A DNA stretch of 64,000 bases from Octopus vulgaris (Eukaryota), in the NCBI GenBank assembly GCA_951406725.2, contig OX597818.1, positions 22,196,001 through 22,260,000 on the forward strand, written 5' to 3'. This document shows, one piece after another, positions 13,871 to 27,960 of the stretch. A model generated the notes under the pieces. That model worked only from the letters and a program-made list of their open reading frames with translations, searched no databases and was not told the DNA's origin. The translations under genes and the position numbers were made by a program. The first letter of the stretch is position 1; every line of letters begins with the position of its first letter.

Positions 13871-14554
13871 CACGTGCATGTGTACACGCATCTTATCCAT
13901 GTATGTGTATTTTATGCATCATCATCATCATTTTGTGTCAGCATTTTCATGATTGAATGGGGTTTTTTCCCAGCACAGTACCTTGCCATTTGTTGTTGTT
14001 CTTTGTCATTTCCTTTGTAAGGTTCTACTGCCTGAGAGTTTTCATCACTTCTTCCCCATTTTTTCTTCTGTGGGTTTCTTCCTCTAAAGTTGCTTGGTAT
14101 TTCTTTATCCAACTGTCATTTTCAATATGCATGACATGTCTATAACAGTACTGTCTTTTGTCTTGCACACTAGACCGATTTCTTTTATATCCAGTTATTC
14201 TCTCATCTCATTTCAGTTCTGTCATTCACACACACTGACATTACATATCCTGCAAAACATGGTCCATTATTTCATTCCAGTCTTCACACACCTTCTGCAT
14301 TCAGTGCTTCAGTTTTGCTTCCATGCAATATCATACTATATATATGAACGTCATGCAACCTTCCCTTCACTTAGAGAAATATTATTTAATATGTGCTTTT
14401 ATTGCTTTCTCCACGTATGCATTTGCTACATGCAAAATCTTCATTTTTTTTCTGTTGGTCTGCCTATGATTCTATGGTACATCTTGTGTATTCATAGTTT
14501 ATTATGTTTTATATATATATATGTATATTTATATTAAATGCCTTATATATATAT

Positions 14555-14930
14555 ACGAGCAAAACTCCCCTTGTCCAATGAACGGTGCTGAGTTGTCAAA
14601 CATTTAAACCAAATTTTCTCAAAACAACTTGTCCGACTGTTCCATAGGCTCTCCCTTTGAGAAACACTGATTTAACCTAAATTTGAGACACCATGCATTT
14701 TTCTTGCATACGCATAGTATCAATGGCAATAGCTGATGTACTTGCAGATACAAATGCACGTTCCCATGGCTTTATCGATCGCATTCTCACCTGGAATTGA
14801 TTTTTGTAACTTTTTCAAGACTTATACACACTCTGATACCATTGGTATCTACATATTAAATTTGAGGGCAATTGGATGGAGGATGCCAGAGATCCTAGAA
14901 GACACACACACAGACAGACAGAATGGATTT

Positions 14931-14940
<10 letters not shown>
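14555..14940 (-). mobile_element. Possible decayed non-autonomous Helitron
   Basis: End cagacagacagaatggattttatata resembles the Helitron end at 32500-32544; termini degenerate. Confidence 0.35.
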
Positions 14941-14987
<47 letters not shown>

Positions 14988-14994
14988 TATGTAT

Positions 14995-15293
14995 AAACAA
15001 TTGCAGCATGGAAGGTGTTTATAAGCCATTTAAGAAACACACAAAAGTCGTTAGATTCACTTCAACGTTTAAATTTAATTTGCCAAAATATTTTCATCGG
15101 TTTGAATTTTGTCATTGAACAGGTTGCGGTCTCAAAGCAACGAAAATATTTTGGCAAATTAAATTTAAATATTGAAGTGAATCTAATGGTTTTTGTGTGT
15201 ATCTTAAATGGCTTATAAACACCTTCCACACTACAATTGTTTTCATTCCAGCACACAATCTCAGATCAGGTCACTTGCTATGCAAGTACATCT

Positions 15294-15295
<2 letters not shown>
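14995..15295 (+). mobile_element. Second copy of the same family with an inverted 5' duplication (palindrome 14995-15242), between (TA)n tracts
   Basis: ~100-bp imperfect inverted arms; 3' end catctcc followed by TA repeats; hammerhead-like fold at 15105-15160. Confidence 0.75.
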
Positions 15296-15343
<48 letters not shown>

Positions 15344-15354
15344 ATATATATATG

Positions 15355-15456
<102 letters not shown>

Positions 15457-15587
15457 TGTATGTATATATATATACTTATATGTATGTATATATATATATA
15501 TTATAGGTATACACACATACATATATTGTCAGTGTATCAGAAATCCAAAAAAGAAGCACACTCTAAAGCATACAGCAGTAATGTATC

Positions 15588-15823
15588 AAAAGTAATTAAG
15601 TTAATGTCCAATCATAAAATGACCAGTAGTTTTGCACCCATGAAGGCTTTAGCCTCATGGATGCCTCATCAGATTCTAAAGCTGAAGACAAAAAAAACAA
15701 TCAATTTTTCTTTTTTGTCTTCAGCTTTCAAGTCTGAGGAGATGAGACATCTGTGAGGCTAAGGCCTTTGTGGATGCAAAATCATTGGTCACTCTATGAC
15801 TAGACATTAACTTAATTACTTTT
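15588..15823. repeat. Long imperfect inverted repeat; each arm carries a degenerate hammerhead
   Basis: Arms aaagtaattaagttaatgtc... / ...gacattaacttaattacttt. The minus-strand arm has CUGAUGA at 15672-15666. Confidence 0.75.
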
Positions 15824-15859
15824 AACATATGTATATAAATATATATATATATTTATATA

Positions 15860-16200
15860 TTGCTGACACCCCCTTCGGTCACAAATGACCATAGGATTGC
15901 ACCTAGAAAGTTACCATCCGAGGCACAAGTCCAGGCAAGGTTATTTATGGCACACCAGCAGTCGCCCATGCATACCAGCGTCCCCTCTCTATGCCACCGA
16001 TGTCATCTTAGGGAAAGGCAAAGGCCAATACAGCTTGCCATCAGTGACGTCGCAACTCATTTCTACAGCTGAGTGAACTGCAGCAATGTGAAATAAAGCG
16101 TCTTGCTCAAGAACAAAACGCGCAGCCCAGTCCAGGATTCGAACTCACAACCTCACAGTTGTAAGCTCAACACTCTAACCACTGAGCCATGCGCCTTCAC
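15860..16200 (-). mobile_element. tRNA-derived SINE (V-domain-like)
   Basis: Minus strand A box TGGCTCAGTGG and B box GTTCGAATCC, then tgttcttgagcaagac. Confidence 0.8.
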
Positions 16201-17429
16201 ACACACACACACACACACACACACATAAATAATCAAAATAAGCATCAGGATATCAAGAGGTGATGCAGTACAACTGCTTCAAGCTGCTCCATTTAATTGA
16301 ACAATGCATTACATTAATTTAAATGCTGGGCTATCCTCAGCTGCATAAATAAATAGAATTTGTTTCATCAGTTGAACACATTAATATAATTTTACTCAAA
16401 TTCTCTAATAGAGCAAGAAGAAGAAGAAAGAATGTAACTCAGAATATACTACACTTCTAGGAACTGTATGATGTCTGTTGGGGTCATAGCTTGTAAATGA
16501 TTGTGGTTCACTTTTAATTTATTAGTCTTTTTTTATCAACTACTTGGACAGGGGAAATGAATCTATTCCCAATACTCTCTTTCCAGAACATAAGTGGGAC
16601 TGGAATTATCTCCTTTCTTCTATTTTTCTTGCATTTGTTTATGAAGAATATCAACCACACTGACCTCTTCAGTCCTAGAGGGTCTATAAAGCCATGAACA
16701 CAGCCACTTCTTCTTGACCAAATGATAAAAAAAAACCAGAATACAGATGAGCTATAGCAGGCTGATATACTCATAACACAATATATGAAATGCAAAACTT
16801 CAGTGTTGAACCAGTAACCAATTTAAAATTATGGTAGGCTTTCATTAGAAACATCTCAAACATCATATTATAACAAAAGGAATAGTTGGGTAAATTAAGC
16901 TGAAAAGTACCTTAGAGTGTTTAACTTTATCTCTTTAGCTTCCCAGAGTAAATTCTGACAAGATTGACTTTGTCTTCTCTTCCTCTAGGTTCAACAAATA
17001 GCCAATAATGTGATGGGAGTTGACATAATTTACCAGCTTTGTAACCAGCTCAATAGCTGTCTAGCACTGTATCATCTTAGCAACAATACTGCCCTTATAA
17101 TATAACATTGGTTACAAATCAGTTGTTGAAAAGGACATAACTGGAGTTGAACCTAAGTAACTAATCTCCCCAGGACCACTATATAAAAAAAGTATGACTT
17201 ATAGAATTGAGATGGGCATATATATATAATAAGGCTTTGTATCAATAGAAAAAAAAATCAATATCTTATCATAGTTAAAAGCACTGCCATAGTAACCTCA
17301 TTAGCATGTTCATATGTGTCAACCAATTATGGAAAACAATTGATTTAAATATGACATAAAAAAACAAGCATGAATTATTCTAGTCAAGTGGTAGCAGAAG
17401 TGGGGTTGCATGAGATAAAAAGCATACTT

Positions 17430-19260
17430 TGAAAGCTTTTCATCTTCATAAGATTCAGTGTCTGGAGATAAGTTTTCATTTCTTCACATGTCTTTTTCTT
17501 TCAAAGATTCCACTTGTACCACTTGACATTTCTTTATCTAACTTAGCAATCTCCATATCAACATGTAATATTACATGCGATTCTTCTTATACTCAATTTT
17601 TCTTTCAGCACATTTGTATTCTATCATACAAACACACTAATATTACATATCCTACAGAACATGCTTGCTTCATTTCTTCTTAGCCTTTCACATCCTCTGC
17701 AATCAATACCTATGTTCTTCAAACATGCAACACTGCATTTTGCACATAAAATTCATATAATCTGATCTTTCCTTGGAGAGAAAGCCCCCCCACATATTAC
17801 CAGCAGAGGTAATAGATCCTTGGACTTTTTCCACCATGTTCGTACTTTGGTTGGTATGTTTTCAGAACATCCATCATAACTAATTAGATGACTTAAGTAA
17901 TGTGGAGACATGTGGCCTAGTGGTTAGGATGTAGCACACATGTTGTAAAATTGTGGTTTCAATTCCTAGACTGGGTGACATGTTGTGTTCTTGAGCAAAG
18001 CACTCCATTGCTCCAGTCTGCAACTGGCAAAAATGAGTAATCCTGCAATGGACCAGCATAAATATATTCATACACTATGAAAACCAGCCCTTATGAGTCT
18101 ATAGGACTCGAGAATGATGCTTTAAGTAATGGTAGCTGTGAATTTACAAAGGAGCCATCCAAGCATTTGAAAGAATACATTACATGGGTTCTCTTGCTGA
18201 TAATTATGAAATATTCTGTTAGCTTATTAATGAATCAGAGCTTCTCTTGTACACCTATGTTTTATAATTGGTACACAGTACAGAGTTTCTACTAATTATT
18301 TTCTGCATATTGAGCATGACTACCTCACTGATGGCACATCCAGTCTTCTCTCTCCAGCTAACTTGAACTTTGTCTTTGCTAGATTTATCTTGTGATGTCT
18401 TCATTCTAGGTTTTACTTTCACTTTCCAAATGTCTTCCCTAAATTTTTAATACATTCAGCTATACTAACTAGATTATCATCACACAGGTGTTTCCATAGA
18501 AACACCTGCTCTTAAACTCCTATGTTATGTTCTGCAGAACTAGAATAAAAAGAGGGAGCTGACAAATGATCCTTGAATGCTAAATGGTACTTTACTTCAA
18601 CCACAAATCTGGACAATGACTTTCAAAAGGTTGTCTTAGAAACTTCCAAGCTAAATTTCCCAAGTCACACCTAGCTGACAGTATACTGTATACAGCTTGC
18701 ATAACTCCCACAAACCATTCATCTATCCCCAGTTTTCTTAAAGACCACCACATTATAGAACATGATATTCTGTCAATGGCCTTCTTTAGATCAATGAATA
18801 CTAATTATAATTTCTTGTTCTTTGCTAAGAATTTCTCCTGTAGCTATCTCACTATGAGGAGCATCTAACTTAATTAGTTATGTTACCTTCATACCTTGGT
18901 CCATCAGTTTCATATCTCTTTCTAGAGCATCTCCTTTTTCTTTGAAACAACTGCATGCCAATCATTGAGTATGACCCATCCCTAAAACATCTGGTGGACT
19001 ACACAAGCAGTGGCACCAGATATTGTCAACACATCAGTAACTGTCCCTTATAGTCTAGCACTAATTTTCTTGCATTCAGTTGTGTCTACTTGGGTTAGTC
19101 TCTCTTTTTTCCATGCATTATCTACATTCAACAACCTCTCAAATTAATATTTCTGAGCTTCTTTCTTCTCATCTTCAATGATGTTGTGCCATTATCATTG
19201 CATGTACAATTTTCCCCAATGATATCTTGAATCATATTGACACAATGCTGTGAAATCTGT
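17430..19260 (-). mobile_element. Old RTE LINE fragments interrupted by a SINE (17903-18120, +)
   Basis: Similarity to the 11130-13255 element (QEKFLAKNKKL..FIDLKKA.DRI, IMWWSLRKLGIDEW). SINE head tggcctagtgg...gtttcaattcc. Confidence 0.6.
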
Positions 19261-21062
19261 GGTTAGTGCAGGGCTTAGGTAGGTAAGGTAGAGAAAGAGA
19301 AAGAAGTGAGTTATGTGGGCTTGTGTGGAGCTGGCATGAATCAAGCTAACTCAGAGGAGCAGAGGTCATGTAGAAGCAGTAGAAATGTTAGAAGATAGAG
19401 TTTTGGTAAGCAACTCTAAACCAACCGATTTGATGGATTTTATGGTGGATGTGAGGTGTAGTGTAAGATATCTGTATGACTTGATATTGTGTCTTGGAAT
19501 AAGTTAATTCAAATGACTCAACTAGGACTGAATTTGCATCACACATTCAGGCTGCTGAATATTTACCACTATTCTACAGTGATCAGAACTGAAAATTTTT
19601 AGGGGAAAGGCAAACTGATGAGCGAAAATCAAACCATAAGCAAATGTCTTAATGAGTTATGGTAGTTGGTTTTTACGTAGGCATGATACCAGATGTATTT
19701 GAGAGCTATAGTAAGTGGGAACTTTAATGTCTTTTCTAAACAACAGAGAGTGCATTACTGAAAAATAGCATTGACTGATGTACCAGTGAGAGAGCTTGTA
19801 TGTCAAAGGTGGGAATACCATTACATGTGGATAAAATTTTAATCACATGTGTATTTGGACCTGCTTACTGTTGACTCTAAAAGCCTACATGTGAGAAAAA
19901 AAACCCAGTTTAAGTCTTATGTTATAAGTTACATAACTCTGAATATGTAAAATTAAAAGTTCACTATTTTTCACACTGCATATGTACCTAAACAAATTCT
20001 TATGCAATTGCAATTTGATCGTGAGATTCCCTATTCCTACGCTGTGGAGTCATTCAACCCACTAGAAATAGCAGGCAAATCTCCCATAAACTACACACTA
20101 TCATCTTAAAAATGGAATAGCACCTTTGATAATGTTTGCCAAGAGACATCAAGATAGGAATATGTAGTGGATGAATTGGCCACAGCTGGAATGTCTTTGG
20201 TCTGCTTGATCAAACAACAACAATAATAATAATTGACTGAGAATAAAGAAATGTCGTAGATTCAGTTCATGACTCCAAACTTTCAATCAGTTAACTACCC
20301 CCACAGGTCTTGGGGTTAACTTAATTTCCAACACAATAATGCTGTTTATGCTATTGAGAAAGACATGAATATCACACATTCTCATTTCTCTTCTTTTCTG
20401 TCTGAAGGTGTATGTGTGTCTAAAGAAAAGAAAAGTTTCAAAATGTGCAGAAAAAGTTTCCATGAATAAGTAGTAGTAATTACTTTTGGGGTGGATAATA
20501 TCTGTGTAATTAATTAACAGCACAGATATTTCTAAATTGCCATATAATTATCTTATTTCTTATAATATCCTATTACAACTGTCCCTCTTAATAGCTCACA
20601 TTATATTGTTTACTCCGAGTTGCACTAACCCCCATATCATGTTTAAGTGGTTGATGGTTGGTAGAGGCAAATATCCAACTATAAACATAAACTGTTCTAA
20701 AAATTTATATCCATGTACTCAGCATATTCTTTCAATATATTTGTTGAAAAGCTTATTCTAAAAGCAGAACAACTACTTTAGGTATAGGCATGGTTGTGTG
20801 TGTGTGTGTAAGCAACTCACTTTGCAACCATGTGGCCTAATTATCATTCACATAACTCCACCTACACTGAGAACAAATTGTCAAAGACTATATAAAGCCA
20901 AAAAAAGAACTCAACTAAAACACAGTCTGATAAAGGCAAGTGAGCCAAAACTTTGTTGTCACTGTCAACTTTTCTTTATAAAAGTTAATATTTATGTGCA
21001 TGTACGTGTGTGTGTGTATACATACACACATATGTTCATGTATGTGTGTGTGTATGTATACA

Positions 21063-21470
21063 TATGTGTGGCTGTATGGTAAGAGGTTTGCTTCCCAACC
21101 TCATGATATTTGGTTCAGTCCCACTGAGTGGTACCTTGGAGAAGTGTCTTCTACTATAAGCCCTTGGCTAACCAAGAATCTTTGTGAGTAGATTTGGTAG
21201 ACAGAAACTGAAAGAAGCCTGTCTTGTATATATACATATGTGTATGTGTGCATGCATGTGTGTATGTGTGTCTGTGTTTGTCCTCCACCACCACCTGACA
21301 ACAGGTGTCAGCTTGTTGAAGTACACATTACTTAGTAGTTTGGTGAAAGACACTGATACGATAAGTACCAGGCTTAAAAAAAGTACTGGGGTCAATTTGT
21401 TCAGCTAAACCCTTCAAAGCAGTGCTCCAGCATGGCTGCAGTCCAATGGCTAAAAGAAGTAGAAGGTAAA
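21063..21470 (+). mobile_element. tRNA-derived SINE (CORE-like ccttgggcaagt family)
   Basis: Homologous to 59841-60215. Confidence 0.8.
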
Positions 21471-21810
21471 ATATTGTATGTATGTGTGTATATATACATA
21501 TGTATATAACTTTAAATATTCTCTCAAGCTTTTACTTTCTTTTATTATAGTAGTAACTATGGAAGACTGGTGGGATTATTATTTGTATGGACTTAGTCGC
21601 TATTTAGTACATAATTTAGTTATTGTAGGTTTACTATTAATACCGATACAGATGTACATAGATTTATAAGTTTCTTGTAGTTTAATTTTAAAGTTAGTGT
21701 TTAATCCTGCCTATATTTTATTGAATACTGTTTTACTTAGGGTAAATGTGTTTGAAAGTTGGGTTTTTTTTTTTTTTTGTATGTTTGATCCCAAACGACA
21801 CTTCTTTTAG

Positions 21811-21891
21811 TGCTGTTGACACTGCTGGATTGAATGGTACTACCCAGGTGTCGAAACCATAATGATATCTGTGGGGCAGCTGATGATGGAG
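21811..21891 (+). other. Candidate 5'UTR exon of the TMEM180-like gene
   Basis: cttcttttag| ... GGAG|gtatgt splice signals around an 81-nt GC-richer island; all three frames contain a stop read from the acceptor. Confidence 0.45.
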
Positions 21892-22499
21892 GTATGTTGG
21901 ATTGTTGGTATGGTTGTTTTTGTATATGTGGAATAGTGTTATAACACATCCTTTTGATATATGTATATATATATTCTTTTAAAGAAATTATGAGTTATCG
22001 AAGGGATAAATGTATCCGTAGGCACTACTAGTGCATTACCTAACTATGTATAGGCCTTGCTGTTAGGTTAACAGTAGTTGGTAATTTAAGGGTAGACTGT
22101 GGTTTAATATATTCAGATAAGAGAAGAAATGGAGCAACATGTAACAATTAGAAGTTGATCTTTAGTATCGAATGATCATAGCTTAATTATGGTTAAGATA
22201 ACATTTACAGCTGTTTCTGTTCGTTATTTTTGAGATAAACTTTCATTTATCTCGTTCCATGTAACAAATATCATCAGAATGATTTAAACTTTATCAGAGG
22301 AATATTGACAGGCGATTGAAGGTTGACAGAAGAAGAAAAAGGAAAAAAGAAAAAAATTATCTATCTGAAGCAACTGTGCACATATGTGCCATCAATTAGG
22401 AATGCAAAAATGTAAGCCTAAAGACCTAACAAACCTTTTCCTTATAGTATAGTAGAGTCAGTTGGGCACCACCTGTAAGAAAAACAACACCCTGATGCA

Positions 22500-22925
22500 A
22501 TTCACTCTGCCAGAAATTTGGAAATGACATGATGTACTGCTTGGCATTTGCACCGGAAGTTCCAATACGAACATTTCAGAGTGTTTGTGTATCAATCTGA
22601 GGACATGTACTGAGAGTGATAAAAACCAAACATCCAGTCAACATCATGGTTTTGGGAATGATCACTGGTGATGGCAATGCCTCCATTCATCTTCCCACAT
22701 GGCTTCAGACTCAACACAGAGGCCTACATCAAGTGCCTGGAGGAGGTAGTGTTGCCCTGGGTCAAGAGGGTGGCTGCTGGAAGACCCTATGTCTGGCAAC
22801 AGGACTCTACACCATGCCACAAAAGCAGAAGAACCCAGTCATGGCAGTCAGACAATTTATGCGACCACATCATCCCTTACATCTGGCCACAACATCACCC
22901 CTTACACCTAACTCCCCAGACTGCA
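22500..22925 (+). mobile_element. Tc1/mariner (maT-like) transposase fragment
   Basis: KTKHPVNIMVLG, MPPFIFPHG, VWQQDSTPCH, WP...PNSPD. Confidence 0.8.
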
Positions 22926-25245
22926 TACTTAATGTTCTGCTGGTGCACTTTGAGTCTAAAAAAATGTTTGCCTGGAAGTTGGTCCATATACAGCAACATG
23001 TATGCACACTTCATAACTGCCCCATCAATAATGTGAGCATGTATTAGCATGCCTACATGATGTATCACATTGGATGTTGTCAATGTGTTAGGTCTTACCT
23101 AAGAGAAACATCATTCATAAACTGCATATGTGCTAAAGAACACATTCATACAAATGCCTCTTCTATTAATAAGACCTGGAGAAATTTTTTTAATAAGGAT
23201 ATTGTGGTCATTACCAAATCCTCAGAACAGAATACTAATAATTTAAGGATTAAGTAGGCTATCTTTATTACTCTATCAGCAAGCGATTACATTTGTACAG
23301 TGATAATTGTCTAATATAACATTAGCAAACTGTACATCTATCTCTACATGTTTGTACAGATCAGATCTAAGCTTGTTGGCCATTTTCTTGATAAGAAGTT
23401 TTGAAATTTGAATGTTGAAACATACAATAAAAGAGTGAACTGTTGCCTATGGCTTCACTTTTGTTTATTTCTAATTTGCATTGAAGTGGTTTTTCAAACA
23501 ATTTTAAAACTCTGTATAATTGGCACAAGTGTGACTGTGTGGTTAAGAGGTTTGCTTTCCAACTGTGTGGTCTTGGGTTCAGTCTAACTGTGCAGTACCT
23601 TGGGCAAGTGTCTTTTACTCTAGCCTTGGGCTGACAAGAGTCTTGTTCATCAAATTGGTTGTTGGAAATCGAAAGAAGCCCATTATGTGTGTGCGAGTAT
23701 GTGCATGTGCGAGTATGTGTGTGTGTGTGTGTGTGTTCTTGCCTGGACATTAGATGATAGTTGTAAATGAGCATCATTGCTATACAAAGAATTACCTTGC
23801 TTGGAAACATGTGAGGCTGTAGAAAATCAGTCCCAACAAATTCGTCTGACCTAAGTTTGGAAAAGTGAGTATTAAATAATAATGGTGGTGGTGGTGGTGG
23901 CATCTGTGACTTTTTTTCTTTTTTTCTTCAAACATCTGTTGCAGTTGTTTATTCGTTCACCATTTACTTACTTAATATGATCTCTCCTGCAACAAAGGAA
24001 AGCACAAATTAAACTTTGTAGCTGTTGATTTCTATTTAATGTTTCATAATGAAGCTATTTGATTGTTAGATAGAGTGGATAGTGCTTCAGGGTGATGTGA
24101 TCTGACCTGATAAAATCAACAAAAGCAGTAAATTGTTTGTCCTATACCTGAGTAGATTATGCCTAACTGACATGGAAGAATGTTTGTTGCATTCACCAGC
24201 TAAGTTTTGGGATCCACTGAAATCTATTTTGTCTATATTGTCTAGAACTTAGAATTTTTCATTTGTTGTTAAATTTTAAACATCTTTAGACAAAGTTTAT
24301 GTCTATTAATTGCTTGCATTAATCTCAGTTGACTGAAGTGTTTTCAAATCACAGGCAGAGTGTCTGTGTGAGATACATACATGTAGGTGAATGGGGTATA
24401 AAATGTCATTCATTTATAGTTTGTTGAAACAGCTGTCATTAGGAGTTAGAATGTTGTGATGGCTGTCTTTACTTTATGTGTGTGTTTGCATGCATGCAAG
24501 TGTGTGTGTGTGTGCATGCGACTGTGCATACAAGTGTGTTTGCATGCAAGTGTGTGTGAGAGAGAGAGAGAGAAAGAGTGAGTAATTACAAGTGATGATA
24601 CTTCTACTACATGGTAGATGGAAGGGTATGACACATCCAACACAAACTTTATATTTATTTTAGTAACCTATATAGAAATAGCTTAAAATGACAGTTAACT
24701 TTCATTGAAATCACACCCTACCATCTTAAAGAGAAAACACTGACTGGTGGATTACCCAAAGAGATTACAGATCTGCTTCATCAAGGTTTGTCTATTTCAG
24801 TTTTAAAAGCTTTGAACAGCAACCATGTTCCTTTTCAGCACTTCCAAGGTCACCCAAAAACCAGATACTGGCTGAGGTACTTGCAATAGAGTAAACTCAG
24901 TTAAGATCACTTAAATTTCTGCACAAGGAAATCAATCACAAAACCATGTAGTTCACAGCTAAACAACACTGAACTACATTTTGTAAAAAAATGAAAATCT
25001 CTCTCTCAAGGATCTGAGATCTACTCTATCACGTATTCATCATCTGGATCATAATTTTATATTTAGGAGTTTTGTTTTGTTTTACTTGTAAATTTAACTA
25101 TTTTTTGAAATATTTCTTTTGTTTATAAATTATTTTTTATATCTTTTTTTTCAGGTTCTATAAAGGACCAGCTGTAGGAGGAACATCTTTGACAACCTTT
25201 CATATATATATATAATTTTTTTGTGCGTGTATTCTTGGCAGAATC

Positions 25246-26124
25246 ATGGATCCTCCAGTTGAAATGCGATACAGATCTTTATGGAAAAGAATCTCTTCAT
25301 ATGCTCTCACCTCATTTGCCTTCAGCTTTCTGAACTCAATATTTCAGTTTTACTATGTGAAAATCTTCTTGAACATTTACCACATTGAAGAGAGCTGGTT
25401 CCACATAGCTCAGATTGTCTTTATGATATGGAATGCCATCAATGATCCATTGTTTGCTTACATCCAGGACATGTCAGGATATTCATTCGTGCGAAGTCGT
25501 CGTGAGACCATCTTGTATGCAGCACCTTTCCTCTCTCTAGCTTTTCTTATTCCTTGGTTTCCTTGGTCTATTGGAACCTGGCTCACTGGTATCCACCTGA
25601 TAATGTCACTCTGTCTCTATGACACTGCTTTCACATATATTGGACTTGCACACTGTTGTTTGAGCACAGAGATGTCTCATGTTCACAAGGACCGTCTCCA
25701 ACTGATACAGTTTGCTGAGCTTGCCTGTCTGTTTGGCGGCACATCTGTGTTCTTCTGTGAGTACTTTACACAAAGTCTTAAGAACTTTGGCAACTTTCAA
25801 ATACTATGCTTTATCATTGCTTGTATCAGCTGTCTGTGTATGCGATACACTGGCAAGAATGCATTCACTGAATATGACATTGCAAGTTCAGATAATTGTT
25901 GTGGAGAGAGCAAGAAGTCTTCAGAATCCATTACTATCATTCTTCGACAACTCTTTACAAATCGGAATTTCATTACTTTTGTCCTCGTGAATTTTTTCCA
26001 AATATTCCACAAGACATTCATCTCTAATTTCATGGCCATATTTATTGACCAGCTTCTTCCTGACACAGCTATCTCAACATTCACTCGAAGCACGTATTAT
26101 GGTGCTATCAATGTTCTTCCTCAA
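25246..26124 (+). CDS. MFSD13A: TMEM180/MFSD13A-like MFS transporter, coding exon 1 (293 codons)
   Basis: Multi-TM hydrophobic ORF with the motifs 'YYVKIFL' and 'FMIWNAINDPLFAYIQD' typical of TMEM180/MFS_2-like proteins. Acceptor ttttttcag|G at 25154/25155, ATG at 25246, phase-0 donor CAA|gtaaga at 26124/26125. Confidence 0.92.
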
Positions 26125-27805
26125 GTAAGACATTGCATTTTAAAGTGCATTTTTATCTTTTTTACATTTTTACAGTTTTATAACATGCTATTGAGGTGTT
26201 TATCCTTTTTTTACAATTGTAGCCTTTCAAAGACTTGCCCAATCTATCCTCATACCTTCTTCCCTAAAATCTTGAAATCATCATCAGTATCAGTCCAACT
26301 AGGTACCAGATTAACTTTAAAATTTACAGATAGTTAGGTTTTGCTTTACATATGGATACAAGAATAGGACAGGAAAGAAAATCATAAGTATTTTGTTATA
26401 TTTACTATGAGAAAATACTAGAGATCAATTTATATATTCACAGCTTTTGATTACTGTACTCCTTGAGAATATGGATGTCTATTACTAAGAACTAATCTAC
26501 TATATCCCCACCCATGAAAATCTGTGGCTTTGTGCTTCTCTCAGAAGTCATTATTATTGTGTTTAAGGAATGTCAGTGCTGTTGTAGAATGACTAGAGCT
26601 CTGGGTATCTTATAATGTTTAGCTGTGTATTTTATTTTAATTGAAATCTAAACAAGGTTGTCAGCTTTGCTTTCCATCTTTGGAGGTGGGATGGTGATAT
26701 AATCGACTGTTTTCTGCCCACAAACTTGTGAATTTCTTCCTATGTTAGAAATCATTATTTGTTTAAGGTAGTGCTTGGCAAATAATAGTTGTGAATTCTC
26801 AGTTTCAAACCTCCATTTTCTAAGTTCAAATTTGCCTAAGTCAGTTTTATCTTTTATTCTACTCAGGTTCATAAAATATGTAACAGACAATATTACTGAT
26901 ATTGCATAATAATAATAATTTATTATAAGGCCTGAAGGAGTAAATAGTTAATTAAATCGACTCTAGTACTTAAAAGGCATTTATTTTATTGGCTCTGGTG
27001 GAATTTGAACAACTCATTTCATAAAGAAACATAGCTATATATCTGAAGACAATTTATCTGGCTCTTACCATTTAGTTACTCTACTACTTAAAAATTATAA
27101 TTTCTAATGTTGAAGCAAAGGTACATATTTTGGTGAAAGATGTATTTCAATTAACTAAATCAGCACAGAACCTATCTAGTACTCATTTTATTAAACCTGA
27201 AAGGATGAAATATAAGTTAACCTCGGAAGGCTTCAAACTTTATTCAAGCTATATCACTTTGTGGTATGTGGTTACAGATTGGTAAACAGCACTTCACTGT
27301 GGAACCTACTTATAGGTAGATGGATTGTATTTCTCTAAGTTACCTATATACAGCTAAGCTAGTAGACTTGATCTTAATAAGAACTAATTTGTTACCTGTT
27401 TTAACATCATCAATTGGTACATAATTCACACTGTTGCTAGCATAAGTAGGTTTAAAGATAAATTCCTCTCTTCAGTTTCAGATGTCTTATGCAAAAATAT
27501 ATAAATAAATTTAAAAAGTGCTGGACTAAACCAATCTGTAGGTTTTACTTACAACTACTTTCTTTTTTCTCCACCTTCAGGACTTGTTTAGGTAGCATTT
27601 ACTCATTTTAGCTATCCAGCAGTCTCCGTGCTCTTAACACATAAATGTTCTTAGTGTATATCAACTGCATGAAATGCTTCAGTCCCAGGGGGCCTGCAAT
27701 AATCATAGTCATGGATACTGTTCCCTTGATTAACTTACAGAAAATCAATGATGATGATGATGAGGAAAATGATAATCTAATTTAATATTTGCTTTGCAAT
27801 TTCAG

Positions 27806-27960
27806 ATATTAGTGATACTCTGTGCCCCTCTTGTTGCCAAAGTTGGGTATTACTATGTCACACTTGGTAACTTCATCTTCAAGATTCTATTTGGAGTGTT
27901 GATGTGTCTTGTGGGTCCATCATATCCTTTATTGTTCTTGACGTTCTTATTAGCCGACAG
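27806..27960 (+). CDS. MFSD13A: TMEM180/MFSD13A-like, coding exon 2
   Basis: tttcag|ATA...GACAG|gtaagt. Reads ILVILCAPLVAKVGYYYVTLGNFIFKILFGVLMCLVGPSYPLLFLTFLLAD, continuing exon 1 in frame and ending in phase 2. Confidence 0.88.

Noticed and set aside
16295-16375. Minus-strand CUGAGGA and CUGAUGA near a possible element end
   Set aside because: No GAAA after a credible stem II and poor stem I.
19614-19635. CTGATGAGCGAAA motif
   Set aside because: No stem II or flanking stem I; likely chance.
26125-26337. C-terminal 70 aa of the 363-aa ORF
   Set aside because: Intron read-through past the donor at 26125; homology continues at 27806.
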